A stretch of 64,000 nucleotides of DNA from a virus (taxonomy: Duplodnaviria; Caudoviricetes), in the IMG/VR virus record IMGVR_UViG_3300022752_000013. One strand, 5' to 3'. Each line of letters opens with the position of its first letter. Position 1 is the first letter of the stretch. A program made the translations under genes and the position numbers. This document shows, one piece after another, positions 1-8,995 of this stretch. The notes beneath the pieces were generated by a model. That model was not told where the DNA came from, made no database searches, and worked only from the letters and a program-made list of their open reading frames with translations.

Positions 1-432
1 TTCTCGTGGCCCAGCCATGTGATGGCAGAAACTGTGATTAGAGATGGCCTTAAAAATGTCAGTGAATTTTGGGGCATTGAAGTTCCGCTATATTTCCCCA
101 GCATTTACGCAGGCACAACAGATGGCGCAGGTATACATTTGAATGAAGAATCCATACTGGATTACAAACAAACCAACAAACCCAAAAAGCGCGAATGGAT
201 TGATGATTACTTTGTGCAACTGTGTGCCTACGCAGAAGCACACAACGAATTACATGGTACACGAATACGCAAAGGCGTGATTTTGATGTGTGTCAAACCC
301 GATCTAGATGAGCAACACAATATCATTGGCGAGCCACAATATCAGGAATTTGTGCTGGAAGGCGCAGAGTTTGATCGTTACCGAGATCTATGGTGGAAAA
401 AGGTCGAACAGTACTACATGCTAAATATGTAA
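1..432 (+). CDS. Cas4-like/PD-(D/E)XK phage exonuclease, C-terminal part (5' end outside window)
   Basis: Frame is open from base 1. Motifs DYKQTNKPKKREWIDDYFVQLCAYAEAHN are typical of RecB/Cas4-like exonucleases of T4-like phages. Confidence 0.75.
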   Translation, partial: FSWPSHVMAETVIRDGLKNVSEFWGIEVPLYFPSIYAGTTDGAGIHLNEESILDYKQTNKPKKREWIDDYFVQLCAYAEAHNELHGTRIRKGVILMCVKPDLDEQHNIIGEPQYQEFVLEGAEFDRYRDLWWKKVEQYYMLNM

Positions 433-451
433 TATCCAAAGGACTATCACC

Positions 452-1012
452 GTGGCAATTGTACAAGTATCTCGAATCACAAATCGTAAAGGTCTAGCAG
501 AAAATGTGCCGCAACTGGCCGGCGCAGAACTTGGCTGGGCCATCGATGAACGTAGACTGTTTATCGGCAACGGCACCCTGCAAGAAGGCGCCCCTGTCAT
601 TGGCAACACAGAAGTGCTCACTGAGTACTCAGACGTGTTCACTGGTCGCACACAGTTTTCGTTTGGCAACTATGTTGTAAATGCAGGAACCACTGCAACC
701 TTGGCCAACAATGCCACCACAGAAACGGTGTTTACCATTGACGCCAGCACAATTCCAGCGTTTGAAGTAAAATACATGATACGCCGGGGCGTTTTTACTA
801 GAACCGGCACATACATTGTTGTAGGCAGTACAGATGGTTCTGGTAGTCTGCCAACCCCAGTGGATGCTAATCCTTTACAAAACGGATCTACCGGCGTCAC
901 CTTCACAGTGACTGAAAGCGCCAGCACTATTACATTTGCTTACTCCAGCACCAACACAGGTGTAACTGGAACTCTTTATTATTCTATCAGTTACTTTTTA
1001 CCTACAGTTTGA
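452..1012 (+). CDS. Virion structural protein with Mtd-N-like N-terminus
   Basis: N-terminus MAIVQVSRITNRKG...PQLAGAELGWAIDERRLFIGNG, followed by a Thr/Ser/Gly-rich beta region. CTAAATA late motif at about 421. Confidence 0.65.
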   Translation: MAIVQVSRITNRKGLAENVPQLAGAELGWAIDERRLFIGNGTLQEGAPVIGNTEVLTEYSDVFTGRTQFSFGNYVVNAGTTATLANNATTETVFTIDASTIPAFEVKYMIRRGVFTRTGTYIVVGSTDGSGSLPTPVDANPLQNGSTGVTFTVTESASTITFAYSSTNTGVTGTLYYSISYFLPTV

Positions 1013-1437
1013 TGTGGCCGCTTACATTTGAACAGCGCCTACATGCGTGGGGCGCTCTTCGCGAAACAGTACAACACGCACCGGTTGAACAAGTCCTTAC
1101 CGAAGTCAATACCTGGTGGTTTCAAGCACCTTGGCGAGCATATCATTTGCACTGGGATGATCGGCCAAACTGGCCAGATCCTTGGGAACTTTTAAGCGAT
1201 AATATCTATTGTGATCTTGCTCGCGGGCTGGGAATCCTGTATACTATAACTCTGCTGGATCGTGCTGATCTGCAGGATTCAATATTGGCGGAATCAGATC
1301 AGGGCAATTTAGTCCTGGCACAGCAAGGGAAATATATATTGAATTGGGACTCGCAACAAGTGTTAAATATCAATCCAGGGCAGATCAAGGCCCAGCACAG
1401 CATAACGCAAGAACAAATACAACAACAAATCGGATAA
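1009..1437 (+). CDS. Conserved phage hypothetical protein
   Basis: 142-aa ORF overlapping the upstream stop codon. Trp-rich (WWFQAPW, WPDPWELL). Confidence 0.6.
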   Translation: MMWPLTFEQRLHAWGALRETVQHAPVEQVLTEVNTWWFQAPWRAYHLHWDDRPNWPDPWELLSDNIYCDLARGLGILYTITLLDRADLQDSILAESDQGNLVLAQQGKYILNWDSQQVLNINPGQIKAQHSITQEQIQQQIG

Positions 1438-1439
1438 CA

Positions 1440-2915
1440 ATGAAGCAAATTATAGTACAAAAACGCAGTGGTAGCCGCGAGCCACTTGCATTGGAAAAAT
1501 GGCAAGCACAAATAGCCAAGGTTTGTGCAGGCATAGCGGATGTCAGTCAAAGCATGATTGAGATCAAAGCCCAGTTGCATTTTTATGATGGCATCACAAC
1601 CAAAGAAATCGACGGCATCACACTCAGAGCCATAGTGGACCTGATTGACGTAGAATCAAACCCTGATGTGGGCCACACCAACTATCAGTTTGTGGCAGGC
1701 AAGCAACGACTATCAATGTTGCGTAAAGATGTATACGGTTCATACGATCCTCCTCACCTGTATGAGATTGTGAAGCGGAATGTGGCCACTGGCCTGTACA
1801 CTCCTGAACTCCTGGAATGGTACTCAGAGGAAGACTGGAATCGCATGGAAGACATGATTGATCATGTGAAGGACGAACAGTATTCATATGCGGCAGTGGA
1901 ACAACTGATTGAAAAGTATCTGGTCAAGAATCGTTCAACAAAAGAAATTTACGAAACACCACAAGTGCGTTACATGATTGCGGCTGCCACGGTGTTCCAC
2001 ACGGAAGAACCCAACACAGCCCGTATGCGTTACATAAAGGAATACTACAATGCCGCAAGTGATGGATTATTTACCCTTGCTACTCCCGTCCTTGCTGGTC
2101 TCGGTACCCCTACTAAGCAATTCAGTTCGTGCGTACTCATTAGGAGTGATGATGACCTGGATAGTATTTTTGCTAGTGGTGAAATGATGGCCAAGTATGC
2201 CAGCAAACGTGCTGGCATTGGCTTAGAAATTGGACGACTACGTCCACTAGGGTCGCCCATACGTGGCGGCGAAATCATGCACACCGGCATGATACCATTT
2301 TTAAAGAAGTGGTTCGGCGACTTACGCTCATGCTCACAAGGAGGTATTCGCAATGCAAGTGCTACTGTATTTTATCCCATTTGGCATCATCAGTTTGATG
2401 ATCTTATTGTTCTTAAGAACAATCAAGGAACCGAAGAAACCCGAGTCCGGCACATGGATTATGGGGTTGTGCTTAGTGCTTTCTTCTGGAGACGATTTAA
2501 AAACAAAGAAAACATAACATTCTTTGATCCCAACCAGGTACCTGATCTGTATGAAGCGTTCTATGCCAACACTGAACGTTTTGAAAAACTTTATGTCGAG
2601 TATGAAAAGCGTCGAGACCTGCGTACCAAGACCATGAGCGCGGAAGAAGTGTTCAAGTCAGGCATACTCAAAGAGCGCACTGACACCGGTCGCATCTATC
2701 TAGTGTTCATTGACAACGTTCAGAATCAAGGTCCGTTTGATACTGAGTACCATACCATTTATCAGAGTAACTTATGCCTGGAGATTTTGCTCCCAACAAA
2801 ATCTTTCAAGCGAATGAATCCTGAACGCAAGTTGATTAGAGTTAAAAAGTCCAATGTTAATGAGTTTATGAAAACTAAACCCACAGACATAGTTAAAATT
2901 AGGAAAATAAAATAG
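1440..2915 (+). CDS. nrdA: Ribonucleotide reductase class Ia alpha subunit, N-terminal fragment (NrdA-a)
   Basis: ATP-cone (IIVQKRSGSREPL), TLATPVLAGLGTPTKQFSSCVL, GGIRNASAT and active-site QSNLCLEILLPT. It then ends in a basic non-RNR tail and TAG TAG. The ATG at 1440 is preferred over the track start at 1344. Confidence 0.95.
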   Translation: MKQIIVQKRSGSREPLALEKWQAQIAKVCAGIADVSQSMIEIKAQLHFYDGITTKEIDGITLRAIVDLIDVESNPDVGHTNYQFVAGKQRLSMLRKDVYGSYDPPHLYEIVKRNVATGLYTPELLEWYSEEDWNRMEDMIDHVKDEQYSYAAVEQLIEKYLVKNRSTKEIYETPQVRYMIAAATVFHTEEPNTARMRYIKEYYNAASDGLFTLATPVLAGLGTPTKQFSSCVLIRSDDDLDSIFASGEMMAKYASKRAGIGLEIGRLRPLGSPIRGGEIMHTGMIPFLKKWFGDLRSCSQGGIRNASATVFYPIWHHQFDDLIVLKNNQGTEETRVRHMDYGVVLSAFFWRRFKNKENITFFDPNQVPDLYEAFYANTERFEKLYVEYEKRRDLRTKTMSAEEVFKSGILKERTDTGRIYLVFIDNVQNQGPFDTEYHTIYQSNLCLEILLPTKSFKRMNPERKLIRVKKSNVNEFMKTKPTDIVKIRKIK

Positions 2916-2944
2916 TAGGTAATAGTATTACAAGGTAGAACATT

Positions 2945-3316
2945 ATGAACAAAAATATAAGAGATTACATCAACTTAATAGAAACCGCCCAGCAAGGTGT
3001 GGCCGAAGGCTTGAACGAATTTGCACCAGATGGATTTAACGGTGGCAATGACGGCGAAGAGTTTAGTCCGGAAATCGCCAAGATGGCACAAGAAGATGGC
3101 TTTACAAAAGGTGCGAGTCTTGCTGACGGTGCAACATTAGAACGAGCAATTACTATTAACCACTGGCACGACCAACACGGTGGTATGTATAAACAATACT
3201 TTGCTAAAGGCTTCAAACAAGGTCGTATGAATAAAATCCGTCACGACAATAAACAATATAATCTCAACTTGAAGTTGATGAAAGACGGTAGCATTAGACG
3301 TGGAGAACAGAAATGA
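2945..3316 (+). CDS. Hypothetical protein inserted between the nrdA fragments; N-terminus resembles head-packaged proteins
   Basis: 123-aa ORF. MNKNIRDYINLIE...VAEGLNE contains repeated (I/L/V)-x-E motifs. Confidence 0.65.
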   Translation: MNKNIRDYINLIETAQQGVAEGLNEFAPDGFNGGNDGEEFSPEIAKMAQEDGFTKGASLADGATLERAITINHWHDQHGGMYKQYFAKGFKQGRMNKIRHDNKQYNLNLKLMKDGSIRRGEQK

Positions 3317-3516
3317 ACGAACAAGTTAAAATACTTTGGGCTAAGGCAGCCGAATCAAACTTTGGCGATAGTTGGGAAGAACAAACTGCCTTTATGTCTA
3401 AGTTCGCCGAGTTGATTGTGAGAGAATGTGCCGATATTGCTAATGCTGGTATTGATCCTGCTGAATCACATTTGATCGGCGATGATATTTTAAAACATTT
3501 CGGAGTTGAAGAATGA
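3313..3516 (+). CDS. Small conserved phage hypothetical protein (KFAELIVRECA family)
   Basis: 67-aa ORF with ATGA overlaps on both sides. Confidence 0.7.
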   Translation: MNEQVKILWAKAAESNFGDSWEEQTAFMSKFAELIVRECADIANAGIDPAESHLIGDDILKHFGVEE

Positions 3517-4532
3517 ACAAATTATATGAAGAAATAGAATGTCTACCGGAAGAACTGGATGATGAATACGAATACTACGAGATTGACGAAGCAGAGGGTA
3601 GAATCGCCCTGTGTACGCTGGGAAGTATTAACTGGGGTGCATTCAGGAATCCTGAAGACATGCGCCGTGCTTGTAGAATTCTGCAGAGATCCTTGTGTAA
3701 TATTCTTGACTACCAAGACTTCCTGTCAATCCAATCGCAGTTATCAAATGACGAAATCCAGCCGCTTGGTATCGGTCTTACTAACTTGGCTTACTGGCAT
3801 GCCAAGCGCGGACTCCAATATGGTAACAAGGACGCTTTGGCCGAAGTCAAGTCGTGGATGGAACATCAGGCTTTCTACCTTACCGAAGCCACAGTTGAAC
3901 TTGCTAAAGAGCGGGGCCGTTGCAAAGATTCGGACCGCACCTGGTACGGTCGTGGTATCTTTCCCTGGGAACGACGGGCCAAAGGAGTCAATGAACTCAC
4001 GGACTTCTCTCCTGAACTGAACTGGGAAAGCCTACGTGCTGACATGCGAGCATATGGTGTGCGCAATGCCACACTGATGGCTATTGCTCCTGTTGAAAGT
4101 TCTAGCGTGGTAATCAACTCAACCAACGGCATTGAAATGCCAATGAGTTTAATATCAGTTAAGGAATCAAAAGCAGGAAGCCTTACGCAGGTTGTGCCTG
4201 AGTACCACAAGTTGAAAAACAAATATCAAATGATGTGGGCACAAAAGGACTGTGATGGTTATTTGAAAACAGCGGCTGTGTTAGCGGCCTATGTTGATCA
4301 ATCAATCTCAACCAACACATTCTACAACCCAGCACACTTTGCAGATCGTAAAGTTCCCACAACATTGATTGCTAAAAATCTAATGCAGGCACACCATTGG
4401 GGGATTAAGACCTTCTATTATAGCCTTGTGAATAAGCAAGGATCAAAATCTACAGATGAAACCGCTCCTAATACGCCACTTGAACAGATCGACTTTGATG
4501 ACGAAGATTCCTGCGAAAGTTGTAAACTTTGA
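3513..4532 (+). CDS. nrdA: Ribonucleotide reductase class Ia alpha subunit, C-terminal fragment (NrdA-b)
   Basis: Acidic leader, then GRIALCTLGSINWG, RNATLMAIAPVESSS, DQSISTN, KTFYY and the C-terminal redox pair CESCKL. Confidence 0.95.
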   Translation: MNKLYEEIECLPEELDDEYEYYEIDEAEGRIALCTLGSINWGAFRNPEDMRRACRILQRSLCNILDYQDFLSIQSQLSNDEIQPLGIGLTNLAYWHAKRGLQYGNKDALAEVKSWMEHQAFYLTEATVELAKERGRCKDSDRTWYGRGIFPWERRAKGVNELTDFSPELNWESLRADMRAYGVRNATLMAIAPVESSSVVINSTNGIEMPMSLISVKESKAGSLTQVVPEYHKLKNKYQMMWAQKDCDGYLKTAAVLAAYVDQSISTNTFYNPAHFADRKVPTTLIAKNLMQAHHWGIKTFYYSLVNKQGSKSTDETAPNTPLEQIDFDDEDSCESCKL

Positions 4533-4577
4533 TTAGTAAATAATAGTATTATTATTGTCTATTAGATAAATAATAGT

Positions 4578-5324
4578 ATGAATTACAAAAAACACTACGA
4601 TATGTTAATTGAAAGAAGCCGCACTAGAACTCTTACAGGATATGTTGAAAAGCATCATATTATTCCTAAGTGCCTGGGCGGTTCTGACGATAAAGATAAC
4701 ATTGCAGTATTAACACCAGAAGAACATTTTTTAGCACATCAACTATTAGTTAAGATATATCCTAATAGTCCTCCTTTAATAAACGCCGCGGTTATAATGA
4801 CAACTCATCATACTGAATCTAGAGCAAATAATAAATTATTTGGTTGGTTGAGACGCCGAGCATCCGAATACAGAAAAGAGTGGTTGCTAGAGAATGGACA
4901 TCCTAAGGGAATGTTAGGAAAGCATCACAAACTTGAAAACATTAACAAGATTACATCAGGTATAAAACAGAAAGCAGTTGAAAAGAGAATAGAAGTATAC
5001 ACATACAATCTAGATGGGTCTTTTTATAAAAAATATGATTCCTTAATAGAATGTGCTCAGGACTTAAAAACAAATGCATCAAATGTAAAGTATACAGCAG
5101 AAGGAAACTTTGGTCATTGTAAACAAAAACAAATAAGATATGAGTTTTTTGAAAATATAGAGCCATATGTTAAACCATCTCCTCTTAAAGGTAAAAAGAA
5201 AACTGAAGAACACAAATTAAATCAAAGCAAAGCAATGAAAGGTCGTACTCGCAGTGATGAGTGGAAAGCGGCACATAGTAATGCAATGAAGAAATACCAC
5301 GCAGAGAAAACGGAAACAGTATGA
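4578..5324 (+). mobile_element. Free-standing HNH homing endonuclease with NUMOD-type DNA-binding repeats
   Basis: EKHHIIPKCLGGSDDKDNIAVLTPEEHFLAH, HPKGMLGKHH, KGKKKTEEHKLNQSKAMKG. AT-rich relative to its neighbours. Confidence 0.9.
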
Positions 5325-5518
5325 ACAGTGTAGAAAAGATCTGGGCTCGGGCCACCGGGCATCTAATGGGTGAGAGTGATCATGACCGTCCAGATGTGCC
5401 TATATTAACCTTGAGAGAAGCCCGAATAGCCTTGTTTTTCAAAACATTTTGGGTTATAATACATGTTATAACCTGCGGTTTCATTATAGCCAACACAATT
5501 AGACACTGGAACAATTAA
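5321..5518 (+). CDS. Small membrane protein
   Basis: 65 aa with a C-terminal hydrophobic helix. ATGA overlap. Confidence 0.65.
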   Translation: MNSVEKIWARATGHLMGESDHDRPDVPILTLREARIALFFKTFWVIIHVITCGFIIANTIRHWNN

Positions 5519-6139
5519 ATGTTAGAAACCTGTTGTGATATATTAGTCGATGCGTACAAACGCAATTGGATAACCAGTAGAGATGGCAACATCTCTATTC
5601 GTCATCACGACCGTGATCACTTCTATATCACACCGTCGGGTGTGCGTAAGCAGACAATGCAACCGGATCAATTCAAGAAGATCGGTATTCACGGACTGTT
5701 GTGGCAAGAAGAATATTATACTGATATCAGTGCTAATCTAAAACCCAGTGGAGAGATTCCGTTGCACTTTGGCCTACAACGAGCAATGGGGCAACACAAG
5801 GATGATGTGCGGGTAGTAGTGCATGTGCATCCGACCTATTGCATCGCGGCCATGCATGCTGGTATTGATTTGAGCACTATTAGCGATAGTTTTCCAGAAC
5901 TCAATCGTTACACACGAGTAGCACCCAATGTGGGAGATGTGGCACCTATCAGTCAAGAACTTGCTGATGCGTGTCATCGTAATCTGGGATTAGACCCAGC
6001 AGGCAATATCAAATTTGATATTGTGGGTATCAAGGGGCATGGAGTAGTGGCCATTGATGTCACACCATGGCGTGCCTATGAGCACATTGAAAGATTAGAA
6101 CACATTTGCAAGATAGTACTTGCATCAGGAAAATATTAA
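5519..6139 (+). CDS. Class II aldolase/adducin family protein
   Basis: SRDGNIS, ITPSG, KPSGEIPLH, HVHPTY and GHGVVA metal-binding motifs. Confidence 0.9.
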   Translation: MLETCCDILVDAYKRNWITSRDGNISIRHHDRDHFYITPSGVRKQTMQPDQFKKIGIHGLLWQEEYYTDISANLKPSGEIPLHFGLQRAMGQHKDDVRVVVHVHPTYCIAAMHAGIDLSTISDSFPELNRYTRVAPNVGDVAPISQELADACHRNLGLDPAGNIKFDIVGIKGHGVVAIDVTPWRAYEHIERLEHICKIVLASGKY

Positions 6140-6140
6140 A

Positions 6141-7243
6141 ATGAGTCGAGCACAATACAATTTAAAAACAAAAACAGATTATCTCAATCGCAAGATGTTT
6201 CTTGACCCAGCAGGTCCAGTGACAGTTCAACGATTTGAAGAAGTCAAGTACAACAAATTGGTCAAGTACGAGCAAGAAGCACGTGGCTTCTTTTGGGTAC
6301 CAGAAGAAATTTCACTGACCAAAGACGCACAAGATTTTAAAGATGCCTCAGATACTGTCAAGCATATCTTTACATCAAACTTGTTACGTCAAACTGCACT
6401 GGACAGTTTGCAAGGACGTGGTCCTAGCCAAATCTTTACACCTGTTGTTTCAATTCCCGAACTTGAAGCCCTGGTCTACAACTGGACATTCTTTGAAACC
6501 AATATCCACTCACGTAGTTACAGTCACATCATTCGCAACATCTACAACGTGCCCAAGGATGTGTTCAACACAATCCACGACACACAAGAAATTATTGATA
6601 TGGCTAGCAGTGTGGGCAATCATTACGATGCATTGCATGTGATCAACTGTCGTAAGGAAGCAGGCGAAATAATTACAGAGAATGAACACATCCGAGCAAT
6701 CTGGTTGGCACTCAATGCCAGTTACGCACTAGAAGCATTCCGTTTCATGGTATCATTTGCCACAAGCCTGGCCATGGTAGAGAATCGTATCTTTATTGGC
6801 AATGGCAATATTATTCAATTGATCCTGCAAGATGAAGTGCTACACAAAGAGTGGACTGGTTGGTTGATCAATCAAGTGGTCAAAGAAGATGCTCGCTTTG
6901 CAGAGATTAAGGCCGAATGCGAAGGCGAAGTATATCAAATGTACCTGGATGTGATCCGTGAAGAAAAAGCCTGGGCTGACTACTTGTTCAACAAAGGTCC
7001 TGTAATTGGTCTCAATGCAAACATTCTCAAAGACTTTGTGGACTTCACTGCATTCAATGCACTCAAAGAAATCGGAATCAAGTATACTGAAGAACATCCA
7101 CGCTCCACCCCCATACCTTGGTTTACAAGCACGTGGACACCAGTAAGAAACAAACTGCACTGCAAGAGAACGAATCAACTAACTATGTTATCGGAGTTAT
7201 GAGTGACAGCATTGACTACGACGAATTACCAGAACTATCTTAA
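6141..7243 (+). CDS. nrdB: Ribonucleotide reductase class Ia beta subunit (apparent 1-nt frameshift near 7125)
   Basis: FFWVPEEISL, ETNIHSRSY, EAFRF and DEVLH iron ligands. The canonical tail KHVDTSKKQTALQENESTNYVIG...ELS* continues in the -1 frame from 7124 to TAA at 7241-7243. Confidence 0.9.
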
Positions 7244-7251
7244 GGAAAAAT

Positions 7252-7482
7252 ATGAAAGCAATTGTATGGTCAAAGAATCACTGCCCTTACTGCGATCAAG
7301 CCAAGAACTTGCTCAAATTAAAAGGCATTGAATATGAAGAACGCAACATCAATGATGGTTGGGACAAAGAGGATTTGTTGGCGGCTGTGCCAGGTGCAAG
7401 AACAGTGCCACAGATCTTTCTGGATGAGCAACTGATTGGTGGCTTCACTGAATTGCGTAAACATTTTAGCACTGAGGATTAA
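7252..7482 (+). CDS. Glutaredoxin
   Basis: CPYC, RTVPQIF, IGGF. Confidence 0.95.
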   Translation: MKAIVWSKNHCPYCDQAKNLLKLKGIEYEERNINDGWDKEDLLAAVPGARTVPQIFLDEQLIGGFTELRKHFSTED

Positions 7483-8079
7483 ATGCCAGAATATACATCA
7501 GATTGGTTTTCCAACACAATTGTAAATTTTGAACACATCAAGGACAATTACAACAACTCATTTGATCGTATCCTGGAAATAGGTTGCCACGAAGGTCGAT
7601 CAACCTGTTGGATGTTACAGAATCTGCTGAGTGATACAGGAACTATCACGTGTGTAGATCCATTTGCCAACCATCATATCAATCCCTTTACTGGCCAAAA
7701 GCCCACTGAGGATCGCACCTGGGAAAATAGATTTAGAGCCAATACTGCCGAAGCCAAACAGCCCGAGCAAACCCTAGACGTTCATGTGGCCTTGAGTTTT
7801 CCTACCTTGGCCAAATTTATTGTAGAGCAACGTGAGTTTGATTTTGTGTACATCGACGGTAATCACTGCTGTGATGCTGTGATGGCAGATGCTGTGATGG
7901 CCTGGAGCCTGCTCAAGCCCGGTGGCTTCATGCTGTTTGATGATTACCTGTTTGAAGACGAACCAGACATACTGGATCGGGGCAAGATTGCCATAGATGC
8001 ATTCTGCACTAGTTTTACTAGACAACTTGATTTTTATTTGATCAACTATCAGTTGGCTGTGCGTAAGAAAAAAATTTAA
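7483..8079 (+). CDS. Class I SAM-dependent methyltransferase
   Basis: ILEIGCHEGRST, FDFVYIDGNH, LLKPGGFMLFDDY. Confidence 0.85.
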   Translation: MPEYTSDWFSNTIVNFEHIKDNYNNSFDRILEIGCHEGRSTCWMLQNLLSDTGTITCVDPFANHHINPFTGQKPTEDRTWENRFRANTAEAKQPEQTLDVHVALSFPTLAKFIVEQREFDFVYIDGNHCCDAVMADAVMAWSLLKPGGFMLFDDYLFEDEPDILDRGKIAIDAFCTSFTRQLDFYLINYQLAVRKKKI

Positions 8080-8091
8080 CAAAGGAAAAAA

Positions 8092-8388
8092 ATGTTACTC
8101 GAAATTGACAAAGGCCTTTCTGAAGGCGACGTGGTCACACTCAAACTCACATCAGGTGAGGAAATTGTAGCACGATTAGACAAAGAAACTGACACACACT
8201 ACAGGCTGACCAAACCCATGGTGATTGCCATGAGCCCAAACGGTCCTGGACTGTTGCCCTACTTGTTTACTGTGAGTCCGGACAAGACCATTGGCCTGAG
8301 CAAAAACACAGTAACCGTGGCCACAACTTCAGACAAGCAGTTTGCAAGTCAGTACATGCAGAGCACAACCAATATACAAATGGTTTAA
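8092..8388 (+). CDS. Conserved T4-like hypothetical protein (Sm-like fold suspected)
   Basis: VVTLKLTSGEEIVARL motif. Confidence 0.6.
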   Translation: MLLEIDKGLSEGDVVTLKLTSGEEIVARLDKETDTHYRLTKPMVIAMSPNGPGLLPYLFTVSPDKTIGLSKNTVTVATTSDKQFASQYMQSTTNIQMV

Positions 8389-8419
8389 AACACCGGCTTT
8401 TCTTTTCCATAAATAATCA

Positions 8420-8635
8420 ATGGGACATCGCTTTGTGATCATGCAGGACGACCAGTTGTCGGAATACACAGAGTACGAACAAATTCCAGATCAGTTTGAT
8501 CACGTGATTGAGTTTGCTCCGGAGATTCCACCTGGACCCCATACTGATCAACAGCATGAAGAAATTGATCAGTGGCAGGTCAAGTTTGAAAGATTAATGG
8601 AAATAGAATATGCCAGCAGCCGCGAGAAAGAGTGA
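8420..8635 (+). CDS. Small hypothetical protein upstream of PAAR
   Basis: 71 aa, preceded by the ATAAATA late motif at about 8409. Confidence 0.65.
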   Translation: MGHRFVIMQDDQLSEYTEYEQIPDQFDHVIEFAPEIPPGPHTDQQHEEIDQWQVKFERLMEIEYASSREKE

Positions 8636-8993
8636 TAAATGTGTACCACACTGCTCTCCCTTTAACATAAAAGGTGCCAGTACCACGGTGTTTGTAAACA
8701 ACAGAGGTGCATCTCGTGTGGGCGATCCAGTTGTACCACACAAACAAGGTGGCGGTGCTGCCGGTGCTGCCGGAACGGCGGCATCTATAGGTGCAAAATT
8801 TGCACCGCCACCTTATAGTATTGCAATTGCTGTTGTTGGAAAACTATTAAAGTGTAAAAATCATGCTCCAAGAATTGGAGCAGGATCAAGTTCTGTTTTT
8901 ATCAATGGAAAAGCGGCTGCCTTTGTAGGTAGCAGTATAACTGGGTGTACCAGTGTTGCGGCCGGCAGCGCAGATGTTTTTATTGGTAGGTAA
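8610..8993 (+). CDS. PAAR-repeat spike tip protein (T4 gp5.4-like)
   Basis: MPAAAR, HCS, VFVNNRGASRVGD, H...GSSSVFINGKAAAFVGS, GSADVFIG. Confidence 0.9.
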   Translation: MPAAARKSDKCVPHCSPFNIKGASTTVFVNNRGASRVGDPVVPHKQGGGAAGAAGTAASIGAKFAPPPYSIAIAVVGKLLKCKNHAPRIGAGSSSVFINGKAAAFVGSSITGCTSVAAGSADVFIGR

Positions 8994-8995
8994 CA

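Noticed and set aside
1-432. CRISPR-Cas locus suggested by the Cas4-like gene
   Set aside because: No repeat-spacer array or other cas genes were seen. Stand-alone Cas4-like exonucleases are routine in T4-like phages.
452-1012. Diversity-generating retroelement target
   Set aside because: Only the N-terminal Mtd-like segment is similar. There is no reverse transcriptase or TR/VR repeat pair in the window.
1344-1439. Longer nrdA start given by the ORF track
   Set aside because: It overlaps the upstream gene by about 95 nt. The ATP-cone begins at ATG 1440, 2 nt after the upstream stop.
2816-3590. Group I intron interrupting nrdA
   Set aside because: A U/G junction pair could be drawn, but the interval is almost fully protein-coding and I found no P7/R-S core elements. 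RT-PCR would be decisive.
2760-3620. Split intein in nrdA
   Set aside because: There is no Cys/Ser at the start of the N-tail, no His-Asn plus Cys/Ser/Thr at the end of the C-leader, and no Hint blocks. The tails are too short.
7122-7130. Programmed -1 frameshift in nrdB as a firm call
   Set aside because: There is no canonical slippery heptamer or obvious downstream stimulator. A single-base assembly error is the simpler explanation.
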